Assembly (NCBI RefSeq): GCF_016433145.1 | Contig: NC_058133.1 | Location: 250,998,629 to 251,062,628, forward strand | DNA length: 64,000 nucleotides | DNA from: Gracilinanus agilis | Lineage: Eukaryota | Direction of reading: 5' to 3' | In this document: positions 39,232 through 50,176 of the stretch, piece after piece | Position numbering within the stretch: the first letter of the stretch is position 1 | How the letters are laid out: every line of letters starts with the position of its first letter | The notes under the pieces: generated by a model | Told to the model about the DNA's origin: nothing | What the model saw: only the letters and a program-made list of their open reading frames with translations | Databases searched by the model: none | Program-made: the position numbers and the translations under genes

Positions 39232-40499
39232 ATGGAGAGAGAAAACAAAAAGCAGAATCTAGAATCACTCAGAAGCAAACACATGATTTCTCAGTTTCTT
39301 TTCTGAGGAAAGGATAATTTAATCAACTTCATTTTATATTGTTTTGTGCCTCTATATACTATAGCTTCATATTCTTAGCATGTTAGATATAATATTAGAT
39401 AAACAATATTATAATGCTAAGTTGTAATCATAATAAATTTAATAATAAGGAATAATTCTAATTATTCCTTGATTGAATAGATCTGTGGATGAGAACCAAT
39501 AATTGTAGTGTGCTTAAAATGAATTCTCTCTACGTATCTTTGCCAAGGGAAGTTTGTGTATACCTTCATTGTCTTGGAATATATCCAAAAGTTTCTGAAA
39601 CTGTTATCTCATTTGCTCTGAAGTTATAGAATAACCTTGGCTATCCTCATTATCATCATGTATGGAATTGAGGATTATGTAATCTGTCTAAAGAAAAGAG
39701 ATAAGGCAATATTATCTTGACCTTCTTGACAAGAAAAACCCTCACCCCTTCTTGCCAAGAAGGTACCCTGCCTCCAAAGGAAGACCCAACTTTCACAAGA
39801 AAAACCCCAGACCTTGTTGCCAAGAGGAGGGTGCCTGGCTTCCAAGGGAAGATGGATGACCTTTACAAGAAAGACCCTACTTGGCAGACCTCTTGTAAAT
39901 GGAATTTCTGTAATCTAGATGTCTCAGGCTACAGGGAAGTCTGTAGACCATGGAGCTGTGTGAGATGGGCATACATTCTGTTTCACTCAGAAGTTTGCTC
40001 CCAGTATTTTTCTTTTACATTGACCCTATTCAGTTTTACACTTCAATTGGTGAGCAGGGCTGGGCTTCATTCCTGATTTCATGATACTGTATAAGTGAAA
40101 AGCAAGAAACAACAAAGCAGAACTACTCAACTACTCGGTGGAATGGAGGAAGAGGAGATATTGGGGAGAGTAAGGGAAGCCTGGGTGATGTTTGTGGCAG
40201 ACACACAGAGACAGCAAACTGTTGACTGTTGAAGTTTTGGGAGTGTTCTGGGTTCTTTGAGTTTGGAGGAAGCTTGGCAGACAAGACTGGGGAGTGTGCA
40301 GTTTAGGGAAGTATTTCGAAGGTGTCTTAGTGGGATCTTCTCCAAAGAAAGAGAAGGGGAGGGAAAGAGATTCAGTTTTTTGGCTATACTTCGAGTTTCA
40401 TTCATTCAGTAAACATTAATTGGGCTCCACTTTCATGCTGTGCACTTAATGCATTAGGTCTTACAATTGGATACTGCACTACTTTAAATCCCTGCAATT

Positions 40500-41900
40500 T
40501 CTTCTGTGTGGGTAGGTAGATCTTGGGTCAATTGTAGCTCACAGCTGGAGGTGCTACTTCATAAACTCCTTAAAAGTTCTCCAAACCTGCTTTGGTCTTA
40601 ATCTCGACTTGGCTCAAAGGGAATGTAGAGTGTGAGGCTACATTTGAACTCAGATGTTACAGATTCCCTGCCCGGCACTTTGTCAACTGCTCCACCTTGC
40701 GGCTGCTGGAGGGGAGGGTTTGTCAATTGCCCTTTTCTTTGTATCCCCTTTCCTTTGTCCTCTAATTCCCCAAATTCTCTCCCTCTTCCCCACCACCTCT
40801 TTCCCTCACTCCCCCAAAGTTAGCTCCCACGATTCCTCGCAAACACTCTCTGGTCCCACCACAAAGGGGTTTCAACCATTCATTAGTTCCATGCTCCACA
40901 TCGGCTTCCTTCACGTTGCAGGCAGCCGCCTTGGGCACACAACAAAGGAAGGACGCCATGGCGAGGCCAGTAGGGCGGGGTGAGGGGCCGGAGCGTGGGT
41001 CTTAACTAGCGGAATTCTGGCTTCAGGTGCCTGGGCTGAGAGCAAGCAGGAAGAGAGACCTTTGTGGGATCAGGGGAGGTGGTGTCAAGGAAGGCCTGAG
41101 GGCGGAGCTAGATCTGGGAGGGGAGGGGTTCCTGGGTGGGTAGCGGNNNNNNNNNNNNNNNNNNNNNNNNNNNNNNNNNNNNNNNNNNNNNNNNNNNNNN
41201 NNNNNNNNNNNNNNNNNNNNNNNNNNNNNNNNNNNNNNNNNNNNNNNNNNNNNNNNNNNNNNNNNNNNNNNNNNNNNNNNNNNNNNNNNNNNNNNNNNNN
41301 NNNNNNNNNNNNNNNNNNNNNNNNNNNNNNNNNNNNNNNNNNNNNNNNNNNNNNNNNNNNNNNNNNNNNNNNNNNNNNNNNNNNNNNNNNNNNNNNNNNN
41401 NNNNNNNNNNNNNNNNNNNNNNNNNNNNNNNNNNNNNNNNNNNNNNNNNNNNNNNNNNNNNNNNNNNNNNNNNNNNNNNNNNNNNNNNNNNGGGGGTTCC
41501 GGGGGGGGTGGGGGGCGGGGGGGGGGGCGGACTAGAGATCAGGGGAGAAGCAGTTCAGGAGTAGGCAGGAGGAGGAGGTGTCCTCCACGGGGGCGGGGCG
41601 TGCTCCAAACTGGGTGGAGCCAAACGGTAGGGAGGTGGTGGGGTCGGGGTGTGGGGGGAGCCCACAGTGGAAGCTGTGGGGAAGAAATTAACTAAAATGG
41701 TCCTAAAATGGCAGGACAAGAAGGGATGTGGGAGGAGCCACAGGGAAAGATCCTTTTTTCTCTTATTTGAATTGGTCATAAATTAGAAATAGCATCTTCT
41801 CACCATTTCTCAGTTAAAATCCAAGTTCCTGGAATCAGTGTGCTTTTGTGGCTCAATTTGAAATATATCATTAGAAAAGCAGTTGTGATCAATTACATAA
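40500..41900 (-). pseudogene. Duplicated RNASEK 5' stub (promoter, 5'UTR, truncated exon 1, start of intron 1)
   Basis: gccATGG at 40959 encodes MASFLCCVPKAAAC (RNASEK: [14 protein letters not shown]). Intron-1 block ggggtttcaaccattcat (~40866) matches agggtttcaatcattcat (~19722). 5'UTR ttcaggtgcct matches 19974. 41735-41870 aligns with 20663-20820. No exon 2 or 3 was found. Confidence 0.88.
41147..41491. other. Assembly gap (N-run) flanked by extremely G-rich sequence
   Basis: 345 N; the true length is unknown. Confidence 1.
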
Positions 41901-42453
41901 TGTTATATATATAGTTTGTTTAAAGCTTCTTTTACCAGAAAGGAAATTTAGGCCCCCAAAAGTTGTAATTTGTCCACTGTAATACAGGTTGTGTCAAGGA
42001 TAATATTTAAACCTAGTTCTCAAAATTAAATAATCTTTCAACTGTTCTATACTTTTCTTCCTATAAAAGCATCAAGTGCTCACACCTGAAATTCTGTGTT
42101 AAATTAATATTCATGAACTTAGGAGAAAGTAAAACAGATTGGAGATGTTGCAGAAAAAGTCAAATGTAGCTATACTATAGTGTGGTACAGGTGATCAGAG
42201 TTCCATTCCTACCCTGATTCTCTCCTTTGTGACTTTGGGTTATTTAGTTCCATCCTAAAAACTCCATTTTCCTCATTTGTCTGTGATGATAATATTTATG
42301 CTATCTCATAGGGTTGTTTTTGAAGAAAACACTTTATAAAATTTCAGTTTTATATAAATGTAAATAATATTAAAAGATTGGGGCAGAAGAGCTTTCTTAT
42401 GAGCAGGCTAAAAAGTTGATAGTTGTTCATTGGAGCCTGAGGATGGTCTATTG

Positions 42454-42620
42454 CAGGGGTCGGGAACATATGGCTCTTTCTGCAGGAGCCATAAAGTCAA
42501 TTTTTTTTCAGGCGCTGTTACAGGAGTGTGCACTGTGAGCACTGTATGGCTCTCATGAAATTACATTTTAAAAAATTTGGTGTTTATGGCTCTCATGGCC
42601 AAAAAGGTTGCCAACCCCTT
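42454..42620 (-). mobile_element. hAT/Charlie-type MITE (167 bp)
   Basis: Terminal inverted repeats CAGGGGTCGGGAAC / GTTGCCAACCCCTT; perfect 8-bp TSD GTCTATTG. Reverse complement of the element at 46570. Strand is nominal. Confidence 0.9.
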
Positions 42621-45600
42621 GTCTATTGGGAGAAGCAAACTTTATTTGGATTTCAGAGTTCTAGATTCAAAACCCATATTTGATACTTACTAGCTGGATG
42701 ACTTCAAATTTAGCTTCTATAACTATGCATATGTAAAATAAGGATAAAAATACCAATATTATTTTTCTCAGAATTGCAAGGATCATATAAAAATATACAT
42801 AAATTACTCTGCAAATCTTAAAAGGAGAAGCTAAAAGTGAATTTTGCCTTTTTCTGGAATGATAAAGACGGGATCTGACTAAAATATGTCAGTTTTGCAG
42901 TAAAGGAACTGCATTGCATTCCCTCTCCCACCACCACCCCCCAACATGAAAGAGACAAATTTGGAACAAGATGAAAGACGTGCTTTATACACAGGCAGTG
43001 ACCTCATAGAATGATTTAGCCATGGTGCTGATCAGAATGATGATAGAAATAGAATGAGGGTAGATAAAAGAGGCGTAGCCACATTCATGGAGGTCAGACC
43101 TCAATGATTGTTTGGAAAGTTACTTTTAACCTTTTGAGCCAGGGAAGATGATTGTGATTTCTCATATCATCCTTCCTGGTGATATGAAAAATAGTCCTGG
43201 TCTGTGGCCATATGCCAGTATTGCAGTTATTTTGTTCCATGAGCAACATAGTTTGAGATGGCTTATAGTATATAGATTTATCCATTTATTTATTGCAGAT
43301 TTTAGCAAAGAGACAGGGATATGTAAGGACACAGAAGAAATGATGTAGTATAACTAGGGGGACTATCAGTGATAAGAGAAGAAAATTGGAAACTTCATAT
43401 CTGATTACACTGGGAGCTTTCCAATCCTTGGACAGAATGATAACAGAGGGCTTCCTGTCCCAGGAAGAAAGTCAAAGGGAAGATTATGTCTTTCCAGGAA
43501 TAGCAGCACCAGAGAATGACAAACATATGTGGGGAGTGGGAGAGGAATATGCCAAGGAGCTGAGTATGAACTAATGACCCCTGATACTGGAGGGTGATAT
43601 TAAAGACCCCCCCCCTCAAAGACTGAGTGAAAAAGGGAAGATAGATCAGATATAGGGACAGAACCTCAAACTTGTGATTTTCGTATTTATAGTTATGAGA
43701 TTAAAAAGACTAGGATTAGGAAAAGAAATGGGGCTTTTCCAACCCAATTAGAGTAATAGTCAGCCAGATGTTTTTAAGTAGCTAAGTGTTTTAAATGGTA
43801 ATGCTGTTCTCTATCCTGCTTGGCTGAAGGTACTCATAGGACAGATCCAGGCCTTCATTACGGGCCAGAATCTTTCTTTCCAGCGTATCCAAATATTCCT
43901 GGAAATGGCTCAGTATAGCTTTAGGCTCAGGTCCTGAGAAGTATTCCTCCTTGTGATTACCCAGGAGTACCTGAGGCAGAGAAAGAAGGCATCTCAGAGT
44001 CATAAGCTTCAGGTTTGTAGACTCTCAGCTACCACTTCAAGTCCCTTACCCCTGGGACTTCTACTCTCTTTGAGGGCCCTGGCTCTCACCCTGTTTGGCT
44101 GGATCCGACTCAGAAGCCATACCACAGCCATATGGAGATTGGCCTGATAGACTTTGGGTAGTGTGGCCATCATAATCTCTAATGTTACATCCTTTGTGGT
44201 TGGTGGGGGCTGCTGCATAGTGCCTGGAGCATTAGGAGCCCAGGCATACCAGTCTTCTTGTTGGTAGAGAGAGAAGCTGAAATCATTCATGATCCCAGGG
44301 ATTTTAGCTCTTAGTTCCTTTCCCCATGAAGGTTCTCTTCAGTCCTGAGGAAGGAATGTATCTGGGCCCCTTACCTGTCCCTGATTAATAGCTGAGCATG
44401 TGAAGATACACAAAGTGAGAAAGTGGCAGAGGTCAGCCCTGGATTAGAAGGAGAAAGGAAACCCTGGAAGAGAAAAGAGTTTGTGGAAGAAACTGAAGAC
44501 TCAGGGAAAAACAAGGGCTGGTGTACTCAGGCCAAGATCTTTGATATATAGATTTAGGAAAATTTTTACTCTTAAAAGTTGTGTTATCAAATGTTTTATT
44601 TATCCCTTTATTTTAGAGAGATTTAGAGGGCGTAAATAATTTCTTCCAGTCATAATATTTTTCTCTGGCAAATCTCCTTACATTGTAGTAGGGTTTAGAA
44701 TTGCATATTAATTGTATATAGTCAACTGCAGTAGATAGGGGAAAGGACCAGAAAGCCTAAAGATTAGAAGTGAAAAGGAAAGGGATACTGACCACAGGAA
44801 CTTAGTCTTAGATGGATGAAATATCTCTCAATTTTATCCATGAGTAGAGGTGGTGAAAATGGTGGCTAGAGATCCTAAAATCTACTTATTGGCAATAGAA
44901 CCCCACTGCCGTGTGGTGTCGTATGTTTTATGTGGGTCTTGGTGCCTTATGTTTATGGGCTAGGTTTGTTTCTGTATTGTTTGTAACCACGTGGGATAAG
45001 GATAAGGTACAGAGGTCTGAGATCATCTTAGGTGGCCCCTAGGCTTGGAAATATTTTCTGAAGGGTATTGGCACTCAGAGGGCTTTTAGAGAGGGCTCCA
45101 GGGAGGGGTTAGAAAAAAGAGGAGATGACTTTTCAATATTACAGATGTCACATCTTATCTCGGGCCTGAGCCCCACACAATCCAATCTCAGTGATCTCTC
45201 TGCACCAGGCCTGTAGCTCAAGGTCACTCTGTACAACCTTGTCCCCTGAATAATGGAGATGAACTATTCCTTGCACATACCTGCTCCCCAATAGAGAAAG
45301 GGATTAAGGAAGATCAGCTGAAGGACACGCTCTAGAGGCATGTCTCCCATGATCACAGAATCATAGTCTGAAGGAAATTTAAGGAACATTCTCTTTTATC
45401 CCAAACTGACTAAAAATCCTTTTTATATCATTCCCAACAAGATATGATTCTGTCTTCATTTGAAGATCATTAGTGAGGGGAGACCTGAGGTATCCCATTA
45501 CCTTTAGTGTAGCTTTATATGTCTGGCAGCTGTTCCTTACATCAAAGTTTAGATCTTTCTCTTTCCCACTCTTTTCATTGCTCCTAGAGTTGCTCCTTGA

Positions 45601-46176
45601 GGCATCACAGAATAATTCTAATTCTTCTGCAGATGCTGGTCCTTTAAGTGATTGAAACTTATTCTGTTCTTCTCATCAGATCAGCAGAACAGAAAGTTAT
45701 TCTGTTCTACCTTTTCCCCTCCCTTTGGATAATGAGATTCTTTGTCATTTTCTAGCCCTGCAGCATCTCTTCTATGCCTCTGACTTTTTATACATCACTA
45801 ACATTAGTTCAGCAATCTCATTAGGATCATGGGATTTCATTGATTTGTGTCCAGTGAATAGAAATTGTCCAAAGGAGTTAGGTGCTCTCCTGCTATCTCT
45901 ATGCTTGTCTTGGGTTTCAATTTCCTTCTCTCCATTTTTCTTCTTTCCAATCCAAGATCTTTCTTCTCTACATCATCAGCTCATCCAGCCATACAGGAAT
46001 CCTATCCCCTCTCTGGTATTTTTTGCCCAAATGTAACTTAGAAAGCCTTTTATTATCTTTAACTTTGATCATCAGATTCAGATAATGTTGTTCTTGACAC
46101 TGTTCTTATAAGATTCTTTTGTGTTCATTCTCAATTATCTGCCCTCTTTTATTTTAATTAATTAATTTTCAAGCCT

Positions 46177-46330
46177 TTACTTTCTATCTTAGAGTCAAGA
46201 CTAAGTATTGTTTCCCAGGTAGAAGAGTGGTAAGAGCTAGGCAATGAAGGTTAAGTGACTTGCCCAGGGTCACACAGCTAAGAAGTGTCTGAGGTCAGAT
46301 TTGAACCCAGTGCCTTCTCTTTCTAGGCCT
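46177..46330 (-). mobile_element. SINE1_Mdo-type SINE
   Basis: Reverse-complement SINE body, 5'-truncated. Confidence 0.75.
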
Positions 46331-46569
46331 GGTTTCCTTTTCATTTAAATATTGTTTCACCTTTATCTCATCTTTAATGTATTTCTATTTCTGTGTATTT
46401 TATTAGGTATTCATTTATTAGGACATTAACACACTGTACTAATATGCAGTTATAAATTATAGTATAACTACATGCATATAGGTGGTAAATAAATATACCT
46501 ATTTTGGAAGTGCATGCTCAAAAATACTTTTTCATGATCACAAAAGTTAGGGAAACCAATGATCTAAGA

Positions 46570-46776
46570 CAGGGGTCAGCAACCTTTTTGGCCGTGAGAG
46601 CCATAAACGCCACATTTTTTAAAATGTAATTTCATGAGAGTCGTACAGTGCTCACGGTGCACGCTCCTGTAATAGCCCCTGAAAAAAAATTGACTTTATG
46701 GCTCCTGCAGAAAGAACCATATCTGGTCCTCAAAAGAGCCAGATATAGCTCAAGAGCCATATGTTGCCAACTCCTG
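46570..46776 (+). mobile_element. hAT/Charlie-type MITE (207 bp), same family as 42454-42620
   Basis: Terminal inverted repeats CAGGGGTCAGCAAC / GTTGCCAACTCCTG; perfect 8-bp TSD ATCTAAGA. Strand is nominal. Confidence 0.92.
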
Positions 46777-48080
46777 ATCTAAGAGATTAAAGCCCAGCCC
46801 TGAGTAGTTAGTACAGTTTAGACTTTGTTGATTTCCCTATGAATCAAGGCATCTTTCTGACTATGTAAATCATCATGCCAGTTATGAAGGTGAGGGAAGA
46901 TATGGAATTTATGTTCTGTCTTTGCTAAGTATCCTAATTGTATTGTAGTTGAGTGAATTTACTTTTGTCAAATAGGATGTGGTGCATGAGTATCTTATTT
47001 CTTTCCATTCCCAAACTAGAAGCGTAGTACTGTTAGGTTTGGAGCTTAACACGTGCTTTTTACCCTTTGCTCCATTTATCCTTTTCCTTTGAATAAGAAA
47101 AACCTTTTCATTGTCATGGTTTTTGTCACGAGTTGTTCTTCCCTGAATCTCATTGGTTCCAGTTTTCTGTCTTGCTTATTACCTATGCTTCCTGCATGTT
47201 TGCCACCTGCTTGATTTATTAGTAGTTTCTTTCTAAGATTCTGTCTTCTCTGAATTACTGGGTATCTCTACTAGTATTCTTCCTCCTTTGTTGTTCTCAC
47301 TGTGTCTCTCCCTCTCCATCTAGATTGCTAGATTTATCTAGAACACTTGGTCCTTACTTTTTAATTCAAACTTTTTTTTGGCCCCATTTAACTTATTTCT
47401 TATATCTGTATATCTAAAGACAAGTCACTTAATGTTGCTGAGTCCCAGTTTCTTCTCTTGTAAAATGGACATACCATTCATAGGTATGAGTAATGTACCT
47501 TATAAGTGTGAACTATTATTGTTCCCTAGAAAGTCAGATAACATAAATAACCCTAACTCTTGCAATAACTTTCATCTTTTCAGATTTGTTTTTTGTTTGC
47601 CTAGTTTAGATTGTCTGGTTCTGGGTCCCCTCTTGCCTTTTCATTATTGAGATCCCTTAGCCCATCTTTCCCTTGTACTAGTCCATTCCTCTGCTAGGTT
47701 CCCCTTTCTCACCAGGAGATTATTTCCAGAGCCTGAGTGCATCATGGGCAGAGTGGATGGAATCCCCAGAAGCCCTCTGTCAGCAAGGTCATCAGGAGGG
47801 CAGAGGGATCGATAGGTCAGACAGGCTGTTGCCCTGCAGAGGATATCCAGATGACCTCCCCCACCAGTGTTCATCACCTGTGTTGGTTGAATGGGGAATT
47901 GGGATGGAAGTAAGGGCTGAAATATAGGAATTAGAAAGGAAGTTGGAAGGAATTCAGAGAATAAGGTGATTTTTTTTGTTTTTCTTTCTTTCTCATGTTC
48001 CCAATTATTTTTGGCCTAGACTATTGTAATAACTTTCTAACAGCCTTCTTGATCTCTAGACTCTTCTTGTCTGATCATTC

Positions 48081-48548
48081 TGTTAGGGTTCAAAATGGGT
48101 GGCCTCCAGAGGAACACATGAGACAATGCAATCAAAGCAGGAGAAAGCTTTATTGCCAGTACGCACTGGGGAAACTCATCAAAGAGAGTCCCGCCCCATG
48201 CATTCAGAAGAGGGAATATATATGTTTCTAGGATATAGGTGCCTTTGTCTTAGGGTGAGCTAATAGTTAGATAGAGGGAGTAGGGGATGCTTTCAGGTGC
48301 TGCAGGACATGATTCTTAATCTTCAAGGTTGTTCCGCTTAGGAGTTGTGTCCCTGGGCTGTCAGCCAAGAGTTGGGTCCCTGGAACCTTGAGTCAGAGAG
48401 ATAACTGACCTGATTTGAGTCAGAGAGATAACTGACCCGCTTGGGCATAACGTTATCCAAAACCCCCTGCTTAATTTGCCAAGTTTAGTTTTTTGGCCAT
48501 AATATTCTTAATAAGCTATAATATTTCTATAAGCTTTTTGCTATAACA
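48081..48548 (-). mobile_element. Solo LTR (468 bp) in pseudogene intron 9
   Basis: TGTTA...TAACA termini; 4-bp TSD ATTC; minus-strand AATAAA at 48149-54; internal 27-bp tandem repeat at ~48389-48440. Confidence 0.85.
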
Positions 48549-48578
48549 ATTCTTCGGTGTGGTCAGAATAGTCTAGAT

Positions 48579-48770
48579 CAGTGATTCCCAAAATGTGTTT
48601 ACCGCTCCCTGGTGGGTGCTGCAGCGATCCAGGAAGGCGGTGATGGCCACAGGTGCATTTATCTTTCCTATTAATTGCTATTAAATTTTTTAAAAAATTA
48701 ATTTCCAGGGGGCTAAGTAATATTTTTTCTGGAAAGGGGGCAGTAGGCCAAAAAAGTTTGGGAACCACTG
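48579..48770. mobile_element. Second hAT MITE family (192 bp)
   Basis: Terminal inverted repeats CAGTGATTCCCAAA / TTTGGGAACCACTG; perfect 8-bp TSD GTCTAGAT. Empty paralogous site at 28205. Confidence 0.93.
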
Positions 48771-49967
48771 GTCTAGATAATGCATAGATTTGATGCTGCC
48801 ATTGCTGTCTCCAACATTAAGTGGTTCCCCATGCTTACAAAATAATATACAAATATTTCAGTTTGGCATTCAAAGCCATCCCTAATCTGGCTCCATCCTG
48901 CCTTCTCACTTCATTTCATATTATTCACTTTTACACACAGCTAAACTATAACAGTTTCCCCATGTATGGAATATAATTTCTCCACATCTATGTATTGAAA
49001 TCTTTCTCTTTCTTTGAGATTCCCCTCAAATTCTACTTTTTTCTATGACTCCTTTCCTGACATAGGTAGATTTGATCTCTTTTCTTGAATTTTACATTCT
49101 AAGCTGACCTTTCCTCTATATTTAAATTATCTTCTAATATATAGTGATTTCTATATCTTTTCCATTCTGCCAGATTGTAAGCTTACTGAGAGCAAGGCGT
49201 ATTCATCTATTTACAGTGCCTTGTGCATACTTGATACTTAAATGTTTAATTAGATAAAAAAATAAAACAAAATCAGGTCATTGATTTGTAGGGTTAGGGG
49301 AGGGCAAAGTCTTCATGGGTAAAGAAGCCAAGATAGAGAGGCATGTCCCTCCTTAACTCCTCCAAAGTTTTCCCAACTCCTGGGTCCCACCCCTTCATAC
49401 CTGATCAAAAAATCCCCCAACAGAGATGAGTGAGGTCTGGGCACGAGTGTTGATCTCCATAGTATAGCGGAAATGAGGGACCAGCAGCTGTGGGAAGAAG
49501 GTAGGTGGAAATGAGAGAGGAAAGCCTTGATCCCCCACAATAGACACTTGACCAGAATGATGCTACAGTAGAGGAACATTGAAACATGTGAACAGATGAC
49601 ATAGCTGGTCTGGGATGAGATCAGATTTAGACACGAGAATATGAACCTGATGACCTATCAAGGCCCCTTCATGGATAAGAAACAAGGCTGAGAAAGAGGA
49701 TAGGACTTTTGAGGGTGGCAGTTCTGTAGGAAGAATAGCAGCAAAGGAAGGCTGAACCTGTCATGTTTGGTGAATGAAAGATATGAAGTTGATTGAAGTG
49801 AATGGTTGGTTTGTAGGATCTAATTAATAGAACATTATGAATACACTAGAGAGTAAGCATGATTTCATTGTAGGGTTTTGAAAAAGCATTTCTTGATCCA
49901 TATTTGGAGGAAGTTTAGGATTCTGTTACAATTTTTATTCTCCCTTCTTAGAAGCTCCAACCAGGTT

Positions 49968-50176
49968 TTTTTTTTTGTTTGTTAGTTTTTGTTTTTTTTT
50001 AAACCCTTGTACTTCGGTGTATTGTCTCATAGGTGGAAGATTGGTAAGGGTGGGCAATGGGGGTCAAGTGACTTGCCCAAGGTCACACAGCTGGGAAGTG
50101 GCTGAGGCCAGGTTTGAACCTAGGACCTCCTGTCTCTAGGCCTGACTCTCACTCCACTGAGCTACCCAGCTGCCCC
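49968..50176 (-). mobile_element. Young SINE1_Mdo-type SINE
   Basis: T-rich tail followed by the full reverse-complement body ending cagctgcccc. Confidence 0.9.

Noticed and set aside
39879-39888. 10-bp match (acttggcaga) to RNASEK exon 3
   Set aside because: The flanks do not align, so there is no support for a degraded exon 3.
40762-40959. 65-aa ORF as a functional RNASEK paralog
   Set aside because: Only the first 14 codons are homologous; the TM helix is deleted and exons 2-3 were not found. Treated as a stub, not a gene.
41062-41564. ORFs of 157 and 142 aa
   Set aside because: Artefacts of translating through the N-gap.
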